A DNA stretch of 64,000 bases from Minisyncoccota bacterium (GTDB lineage Bacteria > Patescibacteriota > Minisyncoccia > Phycocordibacterales > PALSA-1337), in contig JAQTPC010000004.1 of the NCBI GenBank assembly GCA_028713005.1, positions 2,745-66,744 of the forward strand, given 5' to 3'. Under the pieces are notes generated by a model that saw nothing but the letters and a program-made list of their open reading frames with translations, did not search any database and had not been told where the DNA came from. A program made the position numbers and the translations under genes. Positions within the stretch are counted from its first letter, which is position 1, and the number at the start of each line of letters is the position of its first letter. Positions 49,001 to 57,272 of the stretch are shown piece by piece.

Positions 49001-49326
49001 GCCCAACTTACGCCGTTTTGTCCTTTAAAAATAGGACTTACAGACGCGATGTCAGTCACTTTGACCCATTGTGACCCGACAAGATTATACAATGAGACAT
49101 TTACTGGATTTACTGTTCCAGACTCATACCAACTAATATTATACGTATTACCAGGCTGTACATTTGTAACTGACTGATTGCCTGAATACACTAAAACATT
49201 ATCAATCGAAACAACCGGCGTTGTCACCTGTGCCTGTGTCGACACTGTCGATATAAAGGCGATACTAAAAAGAATAACAAGAGAAAGTAAACTGAGTGTG
49301 ATTTCTTTTTCCAGGTGCTTGTACAT
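46075..49326 (-). CDS. Large surface protein with peptidoglycan-binding and IPT/TIG-like domains
   Basis: Signal/TM; GSTGADVTALQQFL..GYFGPQT; PTINSISPTSGPAGTTVTITGYGF; start uncertain (49326 or 49380). Confidence 0.8.
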   Translation of the reverse strand: MYKHLEKEITLSLLSLVILFSIAFISTVSTQAQVTTPVVSIDNVLVYSGNQSVTNVQPGNTYNISWYESGTVNPVNVSLYNLVGSQWVKVTDIASVSPIFKGQNGVSWAVPADFKFSNSQNKIYVETIGAGGQIYINYPNISYPPTSGITLNSVSKGTTDGYQFFDYTISSSQQFNSVTFTISCNSSEIDVSTKGGGSCGEVLTNGLLQAANSYVLNIGYKVKDSVSHLIGLSVTAQMDSVTVGSDKDAITVAPISTGGGGGGGSTGTPCYVFSLNMTTGSTGADVTALQQFLATNGFLSKEFITGYFGPQTLEAVKLYQTSVGLPSYGFVGPLTIQKLNASCAAGGTTTTTNPIKISFYSPKKGDVLKVGQKYNVIWFSDKVANDSTFTITEFNDYGKGNIAENLTRDQVKCYGLGKGSCVYSWTPKIVSSKYQLAISQVNNGAKGQVAVSGIGYSEFFSTASSTKNENSSIKLLNLNGGEVLNANKGDGKVTIKWKSTGAAETANVQIGLIDIRYSTEAGERPEQIIAYSIPNTGSYDWAIPRMQGTMDLTVTDKPVYKIILHSWATNKGNAIADASAKPFTIIAPDVGISTGSINVTYPQAGNVLDNSGAKDSGLIARIKWNSKGLGDHMVGIVLVNPSANNTSIAKTIVATAPNTGTFDWKYDASIPNGTYAIQVYDAWSKGGSVQGTSGYFQIVNSPASAQPVITRVSAKAAEDFTVYPGESFFIEGKNFAMANKGDTTVYFAYNGKDVAQVTQIGDTLIGAIAPSDLPVGTKVNLYVVNAGRVSEPAQVTVGGVVVPPVTPFVNLLVSPTYSNGNQTVGIWAAIKGDANNKNISKWALDITCSSGITMRTPDQKELCNTVQTYYSSYYYDVTQDILLLTVDANNNGTIQSTNPNVTFVLTGYDANGSSFGSDKEVVSLGFTNSPQPVTSTGGSSGGGSSPTATIPTATTITTIVSNPTTPTVSTPAPVILPTINSISPTSGPAGTTVTITGYGFVTGSVIKATVGGFTTKITPKSISGTQVVGVVPSFATPGVYSLQVYGEKQSSNTINFTVTKNMPSAAVWDAVGNINWLGASFNQ

Positions 49327-49470
49327 AGATGTGATGGATGATTTTAATAATATTTTTAATACGAACATGTAACGAGACAAGCACGTGCCTGAATGGCACG
49401 TGCTTGGGTAGATAGGAACAGTATAGCGTGATTAAAGATTCACGCAAACTAAGTTATCCCCAATCGAGAT

Positions 49471-49905
49471 CTAATTTGCTGTTACTACAACTAGGTTTGA
49501 ACTTGGGTATAGACTCATCTGATTCCCCTTTGATATATAAGGGCGAACACTATATGAATATGTCATACCAGGAACTATCTTGGTATCTACGAATTTTGTA
49601 ACATTTGCTCCAACCTTCGCATACTGCGGTTGCAAAAGATAATTATCACCTGAGCCACGGAAGATCATGTAGCCGCTCTCCTTACTATTTGGGTCGGTCC
49701 ACACAAGCTCAAAAGTTGATGTGGATGTCTGCATTACAGAGATGATTTCAGGTGGAACAATACTACTGCCGGAAAAACCTTTTGCAGCAGCTAGATTTGA
49801 TTCATTGTTCTCTGTGGTCAGCGCAGGCGAACCAGACGTAAAATAGAACAAGGCGACGATAACAGCTATGACGATCACGATGAGCAAGATGTATATTTTT
49901 TTCAT
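49471..49905 (-). CDS. Membrane-anchored fibronectin type III domain protein
   Basis: LVWTD..ESGYMIFR..FVDT..PGMTYSYSVR. Confidence 0.78.
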   Translation of the reverse strand: MKKIYILLIVIVIAVIVALFYFTSGSPALTTENNESNLAAAKGFSGSSIVPPEIISVMQTSTSTFELVWTDPNSKESGYMIFRGSGDNYLLQPQYAKVGANVTKFVDTKIVPGMTYSYSVRPYISKGNQMSLYPSSNLVVVTAN

Positions 49906-49991
49906 ATAAATATGAAGACAATGATAATAGTCATAATGTAACACAAAAGCCGCCTGGTATCAGACGGCTTTTGCACAGCCCATTTAGGCTA

Positions 49992-52157
49992 CTACTTCTT
50001 CTTCTCAATAATCTCAGTCTCAACGTTCTTTGGAACCACATCGTAGTGATCGAACTCCATCTGAGCACTTCCCTGACCTGAAGTCATAGAACGGAGATCA
50101 GTGGTATAACCGAACATTTCTGACAATGGAACCTTTGCGTGAATAGCGAGATTCATACCCTTTGGTTCTGAACCTTCGATGAGACCACGCTTTGATGAGA
50201 TAGAACCGATGACGTCACCCATGTATTTTTCTGGACAGACAACTTCGAGCTTCATGATAGGTTCGAGGATGACTGGCTTTGCGCGCTTACATGCAGCTTG
50301 GAAAGCGATAGATGCAGCGATCTTGTAGGCGATTTCTGATGAGTCGACATCGTGGTATGAACCATACGTCAATTCACATTCAATATTAACAAGTCTGAAT
50401 CCTGCGAGGATACCGCGATCCATAGCTTCATGAACACCCTTTTCAACAGCAGGAATGAACTCGCCAGGGATAGCGCCACCAGTGATAGAGTTGATGAAAC
50501 GGAAGTCATCGTAGTTACTAACGTTCTTTGGAACCTTCTCACCTTCTGGCCATGGCAACATCGGCTTGATGTTGAGTTTGACGTGACCATACTGACCTTT
50601 ACCACCAGTCTGTTTGACGTACTTCTCTTCAGCTTCAGCTTCACCGAGAATCGTTTCGCGATATGCCACTTGAGGCTTGCCAACATTTGCTTCGACGGTG
50701 AATTCACGCTTCATACGATCAACCATGATTTCAAGGTGGAGTTCTCCCATACCTGAGATGATTGTCTCACCTGTCTCTTGATTACTTGAGACACGGAATG
50801 TTGGATCTTCATTACCGAGCTTACGGAGAGCAAGACCCATTTTCTCTTGATCAGCCTTTGTCTTTGGTTCGATACGGAGAGAAATAACTGGTTCCATGAA
50901 TTTGATCTTTTCGAGGATGATAGGCTTTTCTTCATCACAGAACGTATGTGAAGTAAGTGCATCTTTGAGACCAACGGCTGCAGCGATCTCGCCTGCAAAA
51001 ACTTTCTTTACCTCTTCACGCTTGTCAGCTTGGAGGCGGACGATACGACCGAGGCGTTCTTTCTTGCCTGTTGTTGAGTTATAGATATATGTACCTGCTT
51101 CGATGGTACCTGAGTACACACGGAAGAATGTGAGCTGTCCGACGAATGGATCGTTCTGGAGTTTGAAAGCGAGAGCTGAGAAAGGTTCACTGTCATCAGC
51201 GTGACGTGCAATCTCTGCACCTGTGTTTGGGTCAATACCTTTGATCGCTGGCATATCGAGTGGTGATGGGAGATAGTCGACAACGGCGTCGAGTACGAGC
51301 TGAACACCAACGTTCTTGAGAGCTGAACCAGTAAACACTGGGAAGATCTTGTTTGCGATAACAGCCTTGCGACAAACTTTCTTGAAATCATCTATAGAGA
51401 TTTCTTTTCCGTCAAGGAAGTTCTGCATAGCAGCATCATCTGTTTCGACAACCTTTTCGATCATCTCTGCGCGATATTTCTTTGCATCTTCGAGCATATC
51501 AGCAGGAATTTCACTTTCGATGATATCGATACCCTTTTCACCTGAGAAGGTATACGCCTTCATACGGAGAAGGTCGACAACACCATGGTGATCTGCCTCT
51601 GTTCCAATAGGAAGCTGGAAACGGACGGCATTCTTATTCAAACGTTCAAGGATAGATTTGTATGACTTTTCGAATGATGCACCCATGCGATCCATCTTGT
51701 TGATGAAACAGAGACGTGGAACATTGGCTTCATCGGCGTAACGCCAATTTGTCTCTGACTGTGGCTCAACACCTGCCACACCGTCGAAGACCACAACCGC
51801 ACCGTCGAGCACGCGGAGAGAACGCTTCACTTCTACGGTGAAATCGATGTGTCCTGGTGTATCGATGATATTGAAACGAACTTTCTGTGAGACATCATCT
51901 TTTCCTGCAGCATCTTTGAGGCCACGTTGATATGTTGGGTTCCAGAAACACGTGATTGCAGCAGCAGTGATAGTGATACCACGTTCACGTTCCTGTTCCA
52001 TCCAGTCAGTAGTTGTTTCACCTGTGTGCACTTCACCGATCTTGTGGATCATACCGGTATAGTAAAGGATACGCTCTGATGTCGTAGTCTTACCAGCATC
52101 GATGTGGGCAATGATGCCGAAGTTTCGCATTCTCTCAAGTGGGTAATCGCGTTGCAT
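49992..52157 (-). CDS. fusA: Elongation factor G
   Basis: AHIDAGKTT, ERERGITI, DTPGHIDF, NKMD, GMGELHL. Confidence 0.98.
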   Translation of the reverse strand: MQRDYPLERMRNFGIIAHIDAGKTTTSERILYYTGMIHKIGEVHTGETTTDWMEQERERGITITAAAITCFWNPTYQRGLKDAAGKDDVSQKVRFNIIDTPGHIDFTVEVKRSLRVLDGAVVVFDGVAGVEPQSETNWRYADEANVPRLCFINKMDRMGASFEKSYKSILERLNKNAVRFQLPIGTEADHHGVVDLLRMKAYTFSGEKGIDIIESEIPADMLEDAKKYRAEMIEKVVETDDAAMQNFLDGKEISIDDFKKVCRKAVIANKIFPVFTGSALKNVGVQLVLDAVVDYLPSPLDMPAIKGIDPNTGAEIARHADDSEPFSALAFKLQNDPFVGQLTFFRVYSGTIEAGTYIYNSTTGKKERLGRIVRLQADKREEVKKVFAGEIAAAVGLKDALTSHTFCDEEKPIILEKIKFMEPVISLRIEPKTKADQEKMGLALRKLGNEDPTFRVSSNQETGETIISGMGELHLEIMVDRMKREFTVEANVGKPQVAYRETILGEAEAEEKYVKQTGGKGQYGHVKLNIKPMLPWPEGEKVPKNVSNYDDFRFINSITGGAIPGEFIPAVEKGVHEAMDRGILAGFRLVNIECELTYGSYHDVDSSEIAYKIAASIAFQAACKRAKPVILEPIMKLEVVCPEKYMGDVIGSISSKRGLIEGSEPKGMNLAIHAKVPLSEMFGYTTDLRSMTSGQGSAQMEFDHYDVVPKNVETEIIEKKK

Positions 52158-52249
52158 GTGTTTGTTTGATAATTGTCGGGCCGTTTATGATAAATGTGGC
52201 CTAAGAATTGATGATAAATTAAAAAAGCGAGTCGCCTTTAGTAAGGGAT

Positions 52250-52278
52250 AATGTACAGGAAAAGGCTGAAATAATCAA
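52250..52278 (-). promoter_or_regulatory. Promoter for fusA
   Basis: TTGATT-17-TACATT. Confidence 0.5.
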
Positions 52279-52357
52279 ATAGATGAGTGCCTGCAAATAA
52301 ACACCGTAATAGACCACCTCCTTCCCCGTCATTCTATATATGTAGTAAGATAATCAC

Positions 52358-52615
52358 ATGCAAACACTTATTCATGCAGACATATTCTTCTTTATTAGCA
52401 CAATCGCACTCGTTATTATCAGTATCGGCATAGTCATTGCACTCATCTTTATCATCTTGATCCTCAAAAATCTGCACCGACTCTCGGAAACAGTTCGTAC
52501 AGAAGCTGGACATATAGCAGAAGATATCGATGCTATGCGCGCAAAAGCTAAAGGTTTTAGTTGGGGCATAGCGTTCAAGATATTTAAAAGTCTTTTTACT
52601 AATAGAAATAAATAA
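52358..52615 (+). CDS. Small membrane protein
   Basis: One long TM segment followed by an amphipathic helix. Confidence 0.7.
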   Translation: MQTLIHADIFFFISTIALVIISIGIVIALIFIILILKNLHRLSETVRTEAGHIAEDIDAMRAKAKGFSWGIAFKIFKSLFTNRNK

Positions 52616-52627
52616 TACTCATACATT

Positions 52628-53002
52628 ATGAATAAAATCCCTGAACACAAACACTCGCACGCTCTCGGTATCGGAGTTGGTATTGCTGCTTTGGCTGCTG
52701 CAGCCGCTGGAGCCTACTATCTCTATGGTTCTGATAAGTCAGCGAAAAATCGTAAACATGTCAAAAGCTGGATGCTCAAAATGAAAGCAGAGGTTATGGA
52801 TCATGTCGAAAACATGAAAGATCTTAGTCAAAATGCCTACAATAAAATTATAGACGAAGTCAGTGATAAGTACTCAAAGATAAAAGATATTGATACAGAC
52901 GAACTCAAGTCCCTCGCCGAACGAATGAAATCGCACTGGAAAGAAATTCAGGCTGACATCAGCGAAACAGTTGGCCCGGAAATTGAAAAGGTAATAAAAT
53001 AA
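52628..53002 (+). CDS. YtxH-like membrane-anchored helical protein
   Basis: GIGVGIAALAAAAAGAYYLYG followed by a charged helical region. Confidence 0.7.
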   Translation: MNKIPEHKHSHALGIGVGIAALAAAAAGAYYLYGSDKSAKNRKHVKSWMLKMKAEVMDHVENMKDLSQNAYNKIIDEVSDKYSKIKDIDTDELKSLAERMKSHWKEIQADISETVGPEIEKVIK

Positions 53003-53017
53003 ATATCTTAAGCAAAC

Positions 53018-53044
53018 AAAAATCACCCCGCCGGGGTGATTTTT
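53018..53044. terminator. Bidirectional terminator after rpsG
   Basis: AAAATCACCCCG-C-CGGGGTGATTTT. Confidence 0.75.
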
Positions 53045-53078
53045 GTTTATCCTAATTAAATGAAAATACGAGATTCCA

Positions 53079-53549
53079 TTACCAAGCAAAGTGAGCAAAA
53101 GCCTTGTTGGCTTCAGCCATCTTATGAACGTTTTCACGTTTCTTGACTGCTTCACCTTCATTCTTTGAAGCGGCAATGATCTCATCAGCGAGCTTGAGGT
53201 GCATAGGCTTTCCCTTCTTGCCACGAGCAGCTTCAACGATCCATTTCATTGAGAGAGCATTTTTGCGCTCTGGACGAACTTCACGAGGAACCTGGTAGTT
53301 TGCACCACCGACACGACGTGAGCGAACTTCCATAGCTGGAGTAGTGTTCTTGAGAGCCAATTCGAAGACTTCGATTGGGTTCTCAACCTTTGCCATATCT
53401 TTGATCGCAGTCATACAATCATAGACGATTGTGCGTGCAACGTTCTTCTTACCCTCTTGCATGACGTAGTTGATGAACTTTGAGACTTTGAGAGAATCAA
53501 ACTGTGCATCTGGTCTAAGGTCGCGCTTTATATTTCTTTTTCTTCGCAT
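53079..53549 (-). CDS. rpsG: 30S ribosomal protein uS7
   Basis: EVRSRRVGGANYQVP, HKMAEANKAFAHF. Confidence 0.98.
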   Translation of the reverse strand: MRRKRNIKRDLRPDAQFDSLKVSKFINYVMQEGKKNVARTIVYDCMTAIKDMAKVENPIEVFELALKNTTPAMEVRSRRVGGANYQVPREVRPERKNALSMKWIVEAARGKKGKPMHLKLADEIIAASKNEGEAVKKRENVHKMAEANKAFAHFAW

Positions 53550-53580
53550 AGTAGTATGTTAGTTAAATATTAGAGTGGTA

Positions 53581-54000
53581 TTAAGCCTTCGCTGCCTTTG
53601 GCTTCTTGTTACCATATTGACTGCGACCTTTGCGACGCTTTTCTACACCTGCTGCATCGAGCACGCCACGAACAACTGAATAACGGAGACCGACGTCTTT
53701 GACGCGACCACCACGGAGGAGAACAACTGAGTGTTCCTGGAGGTTGTGACCTTCACCTGGGACGTATGCGGTAACTTCGATACCATTTGAAAGGCGAACA
53801 CGAGCGATCTTGCGGATAGCTGAGTTAGGCTTCTTTGGTGTCTTTGTTGTTACTTTGACACATACACCACGCTTGAATGGCGCTGGATAAAATGATGGGC
53901 GGTTTTCAATACTGTTGAACGTACGAGTGAGTGCAATAGACTTACTCTTACGCTTGAAACTGACACGACCACGCTTTGTGAGCTGGTTAATTGTAGGCAT
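53581..54000 (-). CDS. rpsL: 30S ribosomal protein uS12 (KDVG-LRY variant)
   Basis: [25 protein letters not shown]. Confidence 0.98.
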   Translation of the reverse strand: MPTINQLTKRGRVSFKRKSKSIALTRTFNSIENRPSFYPAPFKRGVCVKVTTKTPKKPNSAIRKIARVRLSNGIEVTAYVPGEGHNLQEHSVVLLRGGRVKDVGLRYSVVRGVLDAAGVEKRRKGRSQYGNKKPKAAKA

Positions 54001-54021
54001 TAATATGCTTAGTTAAATTGT

Positions 54022-54100
54022 GGCAAACTGAATTCTTCACCGCTCAGAGCTTGAGTGTCCTTATATATAAGGACTGCCCGGGGCGATTACTCACTTTGCC
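54022..54100 (-). promoter_or_regulatory. Structured rpsL 5' leader
   Basis: GGCAAA..TTTGCC closing stem, TCGCC/GGTGA, GTCCTTATATATAAGGAC and CTCA..TGAG hairpins. Confidence 0.5.
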
Positions 54101-54165
54101 TTGATAATGTACCAATCTTTCAAGTTTTAGGACCCAAAAGACAGTGGAGGGACTATAACATAGAG

Positions 54166-54777
54166 CTAAAGGCCTGTAAACAACCTAAACACATACGGCA
54201 CGATCGGTGAGATAAACTGCCAAACAAATAACACAACAATAAGCACCCAGATAGGCGCATAAGCTTCGAGAAGATGACGAATGCGACCATATTGATCAGG
54301 TAATACAGTAAAAAGGAGCTTAGAACCATCAAGTGGTGGCAATGGGATGAGATTGAAAACGGCCAAAACAATATTGATGACTACTATATATGATGCTACA
54401 TCGACAAATGATGCTACCCCTGAGGTAACCGTCATGCTTGTTGCAATATAACGAATAATCAAACTGAAAATAAGTGCAATTGAAATATTGGAAGCTGGTC
54501 CCGCAAGAGCAATGAGGAACTCCCCTATCCTCCTGTTCTTGAGATTGTATGGGTTATAAGGAACAGGCTTCGCCCAACCAAAGGTAAAACCTGACAAAGA
54601 GGTAATGAGTGGAACAACAATAGAACCTATCGGATCAATATGTTTTATCGGGTTGAGGGTCAGTCTCCCCTGTAGACGTGCTGTTGGGTCACCGAGATAG
54701 TTGGCCATATAACCGTGAGCGACCTCATGGATAATAACTGAGAATATAAGGATGACAATTGAAATAAGTGTAATCAT
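54166..54777 (-). CDS. Site-2 protease (peptidase M50)
   Basis: HEVAH, NPIKHID, NLIPLPPLDG. Confidence 0.95.
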   Translation of the reverse strand: MITLISIVILIFSVIIHEVAHGYMANYLGDPTARLQGRLTLNPIKHIDPIGSIVVPLITSLSGFTFGWAKPVPYNPYNLKNRRIGEFLIALAGPASNISIALIFSLIIRYIATSMTVTSGVASFVDVASYIVVINIVLAVFNLIPLPPLDGSKLLFTVLPDQYGRIRHLLEAYAPIWVLIVVLFVWQFISPIVPYVFRLFTGL

Positions 54778-54857
54778 ATTGAGACTCTATTGTACCAGCA
54801 CTTGCAGAATATAGAAATAATGCTATGATGTCCGGACACAACTTTTAAACAAACTAT

Positions 54858-55103
54858 ATGGCCAGAATCTGTCAAATAACTAAAGTAGGATCAGTCGTCG
54901 GAGGACGATACTCAAACCGCACTCGTGCGACTCAGTTCAACCCATGCGGCAATATCCGCCGTTACCCAAATCTTCAGAAAAAGAAGATCTATGTTCCTGA
55001 ACTAAAGAAGTCATTCCCCCTCGTTGTTTCAGCTCGTGGACTCCGCACTATCCAGAAGAAAGGACCATTCAAAGCTCTCCGCGACGCAGGTATCATCAAA
55101 TAA
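54858..55103 (+). CDS. rpmB: 50S ribosomal protein bL28
   Basis: MARICQIT..RRYPNLQKK..VSARGLRTI. Confidence 0.9.
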   Translation: MARICQITKVGSVVGGRYSNRTRATQFNPCGNIRRYPNLQKKKIYVPELKKSFPLVVSARGLRTIQKKGPFKALRDAGIIK

Positions 55104-55106
55104 CCA

Positions 55107-56021
55107 CTACCTAACCTCCACGGACTCTCCGTCAGAAAGCACCCTTATGGTGTTTTTTTGTTTTAAATTCAAGCGATGATCATCGAGAATCATATAAAGT
55201 GGGTCAACATTTTTAATCTTTGAAACACGGCTTGATATTTTACTTGAAGATTGGGCGCTTGTGATAGCCTGGGTATAGACAATAAACTCTGGCTGAACTG
55301 CATTCACTAAATCCAATGAGAGAGCGCTGGCTGATGCGCTATGTGGAATAATTAAAACATTTGCCATGGGCGAAGCTTTTGCAATAAACTTTTGTATCTT
55401 TGTACTTACATCCCCTATCAACAGGAAAGCTGTACGGCCATAAGTTATTTTTAAAACTAACTCAGGCACCGAAGCTTTTGAATAGCTAAATTGTTTTGAG
55501 GTTGTCGAATGCATCGACGCAACATCCTCGCTATCAAGAGCAGGAAAAAGAACATCTACCTTGAAATGAGAGTGCTCGATAGTATCCCCCATTTTTACTT
55601 CTTTAATAGGAATATGTGATGCACTGACTGTGTTCATAAATGTCTCGTAAATCTCATCTGTTGAGCTAGCTAAACCAAGACTTCTGGTTGTGATAGCAGG
55701 AATAATAATTGACCCCACCTTATATCTATTTATGACATCTATGAGTCCAGTAACATTATTTGCATCATCATTTGTAAGCACAACCATATCAATCCGTCTT
55801 GAATAGAAAGGGATGACTTTTGTTATATAGCGAATAGCATCACTATTTGCTCCGCCATTTATCAACACCCTTTCATCTTGGGGAGTACGAATAAAAATTG
55901 CTGGTTTACCTTTCGTATTAAAAACGTACAATTCAAAACGTAGAGGCACGACACTGATATGCCATATGTACGCACTGATACTGGCAACTATTACTATTGA
56001 TATAAGAAGATATTTGATCAT
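55107..56021 (-). CDS. ComEC C-terminal MBL-fold domain protein (metal ligands degenerate)
   Basis: VLINGG, IDMVVLTNDDANNVTGL in place of THxHxDHxGG, LLIGD, PEFIV. Confidence 0.75.
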   Translation of the reverse strand: MIKYLLISIVIVASISAYIWHISVVPLRFELYVFNTKGKPAIFIRTPQDERVLINGGANSDAIRYITKVIPFYSRRIDMVVLTNDDANNVTGLIDVINRYKVGSIIIPAITTRSLGLASSTDEIYETFMNTVSASHIPIKEVKMGDTIEHSHFKVDVLFPALDSEDVASMHSTTSKQFSYSKASVPELVLKITYGRTAFLLIGDVSTKIQKFIAKASPMANVLIIPHSASASALSLDLVNAVQPEFIVYTQAITSAQSSSKISSRVSKIKNVDPLYMILDDHRLNLKQKNTIRVLSDGESVEVR

Positions 56022-56024
56022 CTG

Positions 56025-56039
56025 CTAGGTCCGACCTAG
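56025..56039. repeat. CTAGGTCCGACCTAG palindrome, copy 1
   Basis: Identical 15-mer at 56113 and 58774. Confidence 0.85.
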
Positions 56040-56112
56040 ATGCAACAAGTAGATTAACAAGTCAAAATAAAATATATATAAAAAACATCTCAAGAATAGA
56101 TAAAGGTTTTTA

Positions 56113-56127
56113 CTAGGTCCGACCTAG
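56113..56127. repeat. CTAGGTCCGACCTAG palindrome, copy 2
   Basis: Identical 15-mer. Confidence 0.85.
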
Positions 56128-56170
56128 CAAAAAATGGTAAAATAAACTTAATAATTAACTTAAAAAATAT

Positions 56171-56770
56171 ATGAAACTATACACAGCAAAAAAATTTGAA
56201 ATACCTACTCTCAAGGGCATATCTGCAAAGTCTATCGGTGAGCACATAAACCTTTATCTTGGCTATGTAAAAAACCTAAACCTTATTGATGAAAAGCGTC
56301 TTGAGTATAAAAAAGATCGTGAAGCAAATGCATATGTTTTAGGCGAACTCAGACGTAGACTTAGTTTTGAATACAATGGTATGCGTAACCATGAAGTATA
56401 TTTTTCTTCCCTTGAAGGTGGTCCAAAAGACATAGATCCAAGTGGAGATCTCAAAAAAGCTATTGAAACTGATTGTGGACCGTTCGATGAATTTCTTAGT
56501 GGATTCAAGTCTGTCGCATCAACTGTTCGTGGTATCGGTTGGATGGTGCTCTGGTATGACAAAAAAGATGATCGTTTGCTCACCTCATGGATAGATGAGC
56601 AACATTTGGGTCAACTCAATGGTTGCGACATGATACTTGCGATCGATATGTGGGAACACTCATACGTCGCTGATTATCAGCCATCAGGAAAGAAACAGTA
56701 CGTGGAAGACTATTTCGCCAACCTTAATTGGTCAGTGATTGAGGAGAATTTCAAGAGAGCAAAGAAGTAA
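56171..56770 (+). CDS. Fe/Mn superoxide dismutase family protein
   Basis: EHINLY..NHEVYF..GIGW..DMWEHSY. Confidence 0.9.
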   Translation: MKLYTAKKFEIPTLKGISAKSIGEHINLYLGYVKNLNLIDEKRLEYKKDREANAYVLGELRRRLSFEYNGMRNHEVYFSSLEGGPKDIDPSGDLKKAIETDCGPFDEFLSGFKSVASTVRGIGWMVLWYDKKDDRLLTSWIDEQHLGQLNGCDMILAIDMWEHSYVADYQPSGKKQYVEDYFANLNWSVIEENFKRAKK

Positions 56771-56795
56771 GCCGGTCAATAATATCTATATAATA

Positions 56796-56829
56796 AAAAA
56801 CCGTGTGCTGATAATTGGCACACGGTTTT
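56796..56829. terminator. Bidirectional terminator
   Basis: AAAACCGTGTGC..GCACACGGTTTT. Confidence 0.75.
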
Positions 56830-56847
56830 GTTTTTACTCAACAACTT

Positions 56848-57258
56848 TCAAATGAGGGGCATCCGACAGACCGGACAAACACGAAGCCCGCTACCGTCAG
56901 GTGAATCGAGCCCCGACGTTCCCCAGTTACACACCATGCACGTTTTGGGAATAATGGGCCCCGAACTTTTTTCCCCTTGCAATAACCGAGAAGCCCCGAT
57001 AATCATCCTGAAGGGATAGAGGATAATAGTAGGTGGAACATTATTCTTTTTAGCGACAGTAACGAACGCTGCCATTTGGTTTGCTTCGCGATTCGAGTCG
57101 TGAACCTGCAAGTTGTGACGTGCCTTAACCTCGCCAACAAGCTTCACGTGTCCGTAGCGCTTGCAGAGCAATTCGGCAATTTGAACATCAATCTCATCGA
57201 TATTGTGACGTTGCACTGCAATGAGAGTATGCGGATCTTCGGCAATAGTCTGACTCAT
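56848..57258 (-). CDS. AroQ chorismate mutase domain fused to a C-terminal Zn ribbon
   Basis: RHNIDEIDVQIAELLCKR..VGEVK..DSNRE; CMVC..CPVC. Confidence 0.75.
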   Translation of the reverse strand: MSQTIAEDPHTLIAVQRHNIDEIDVQIAELLCKRYGHVKLVGEVKARHNLQVHDSNREANQMAAFVTVAKKNNVPPTIILYPFRMIIGASRLLQGEKSSGPIIPKTCMVCNWGTSGLDSPDGSGLRVCPVCRMPLI

Positions 57259-57272
57259 AATTAGATATAGTT

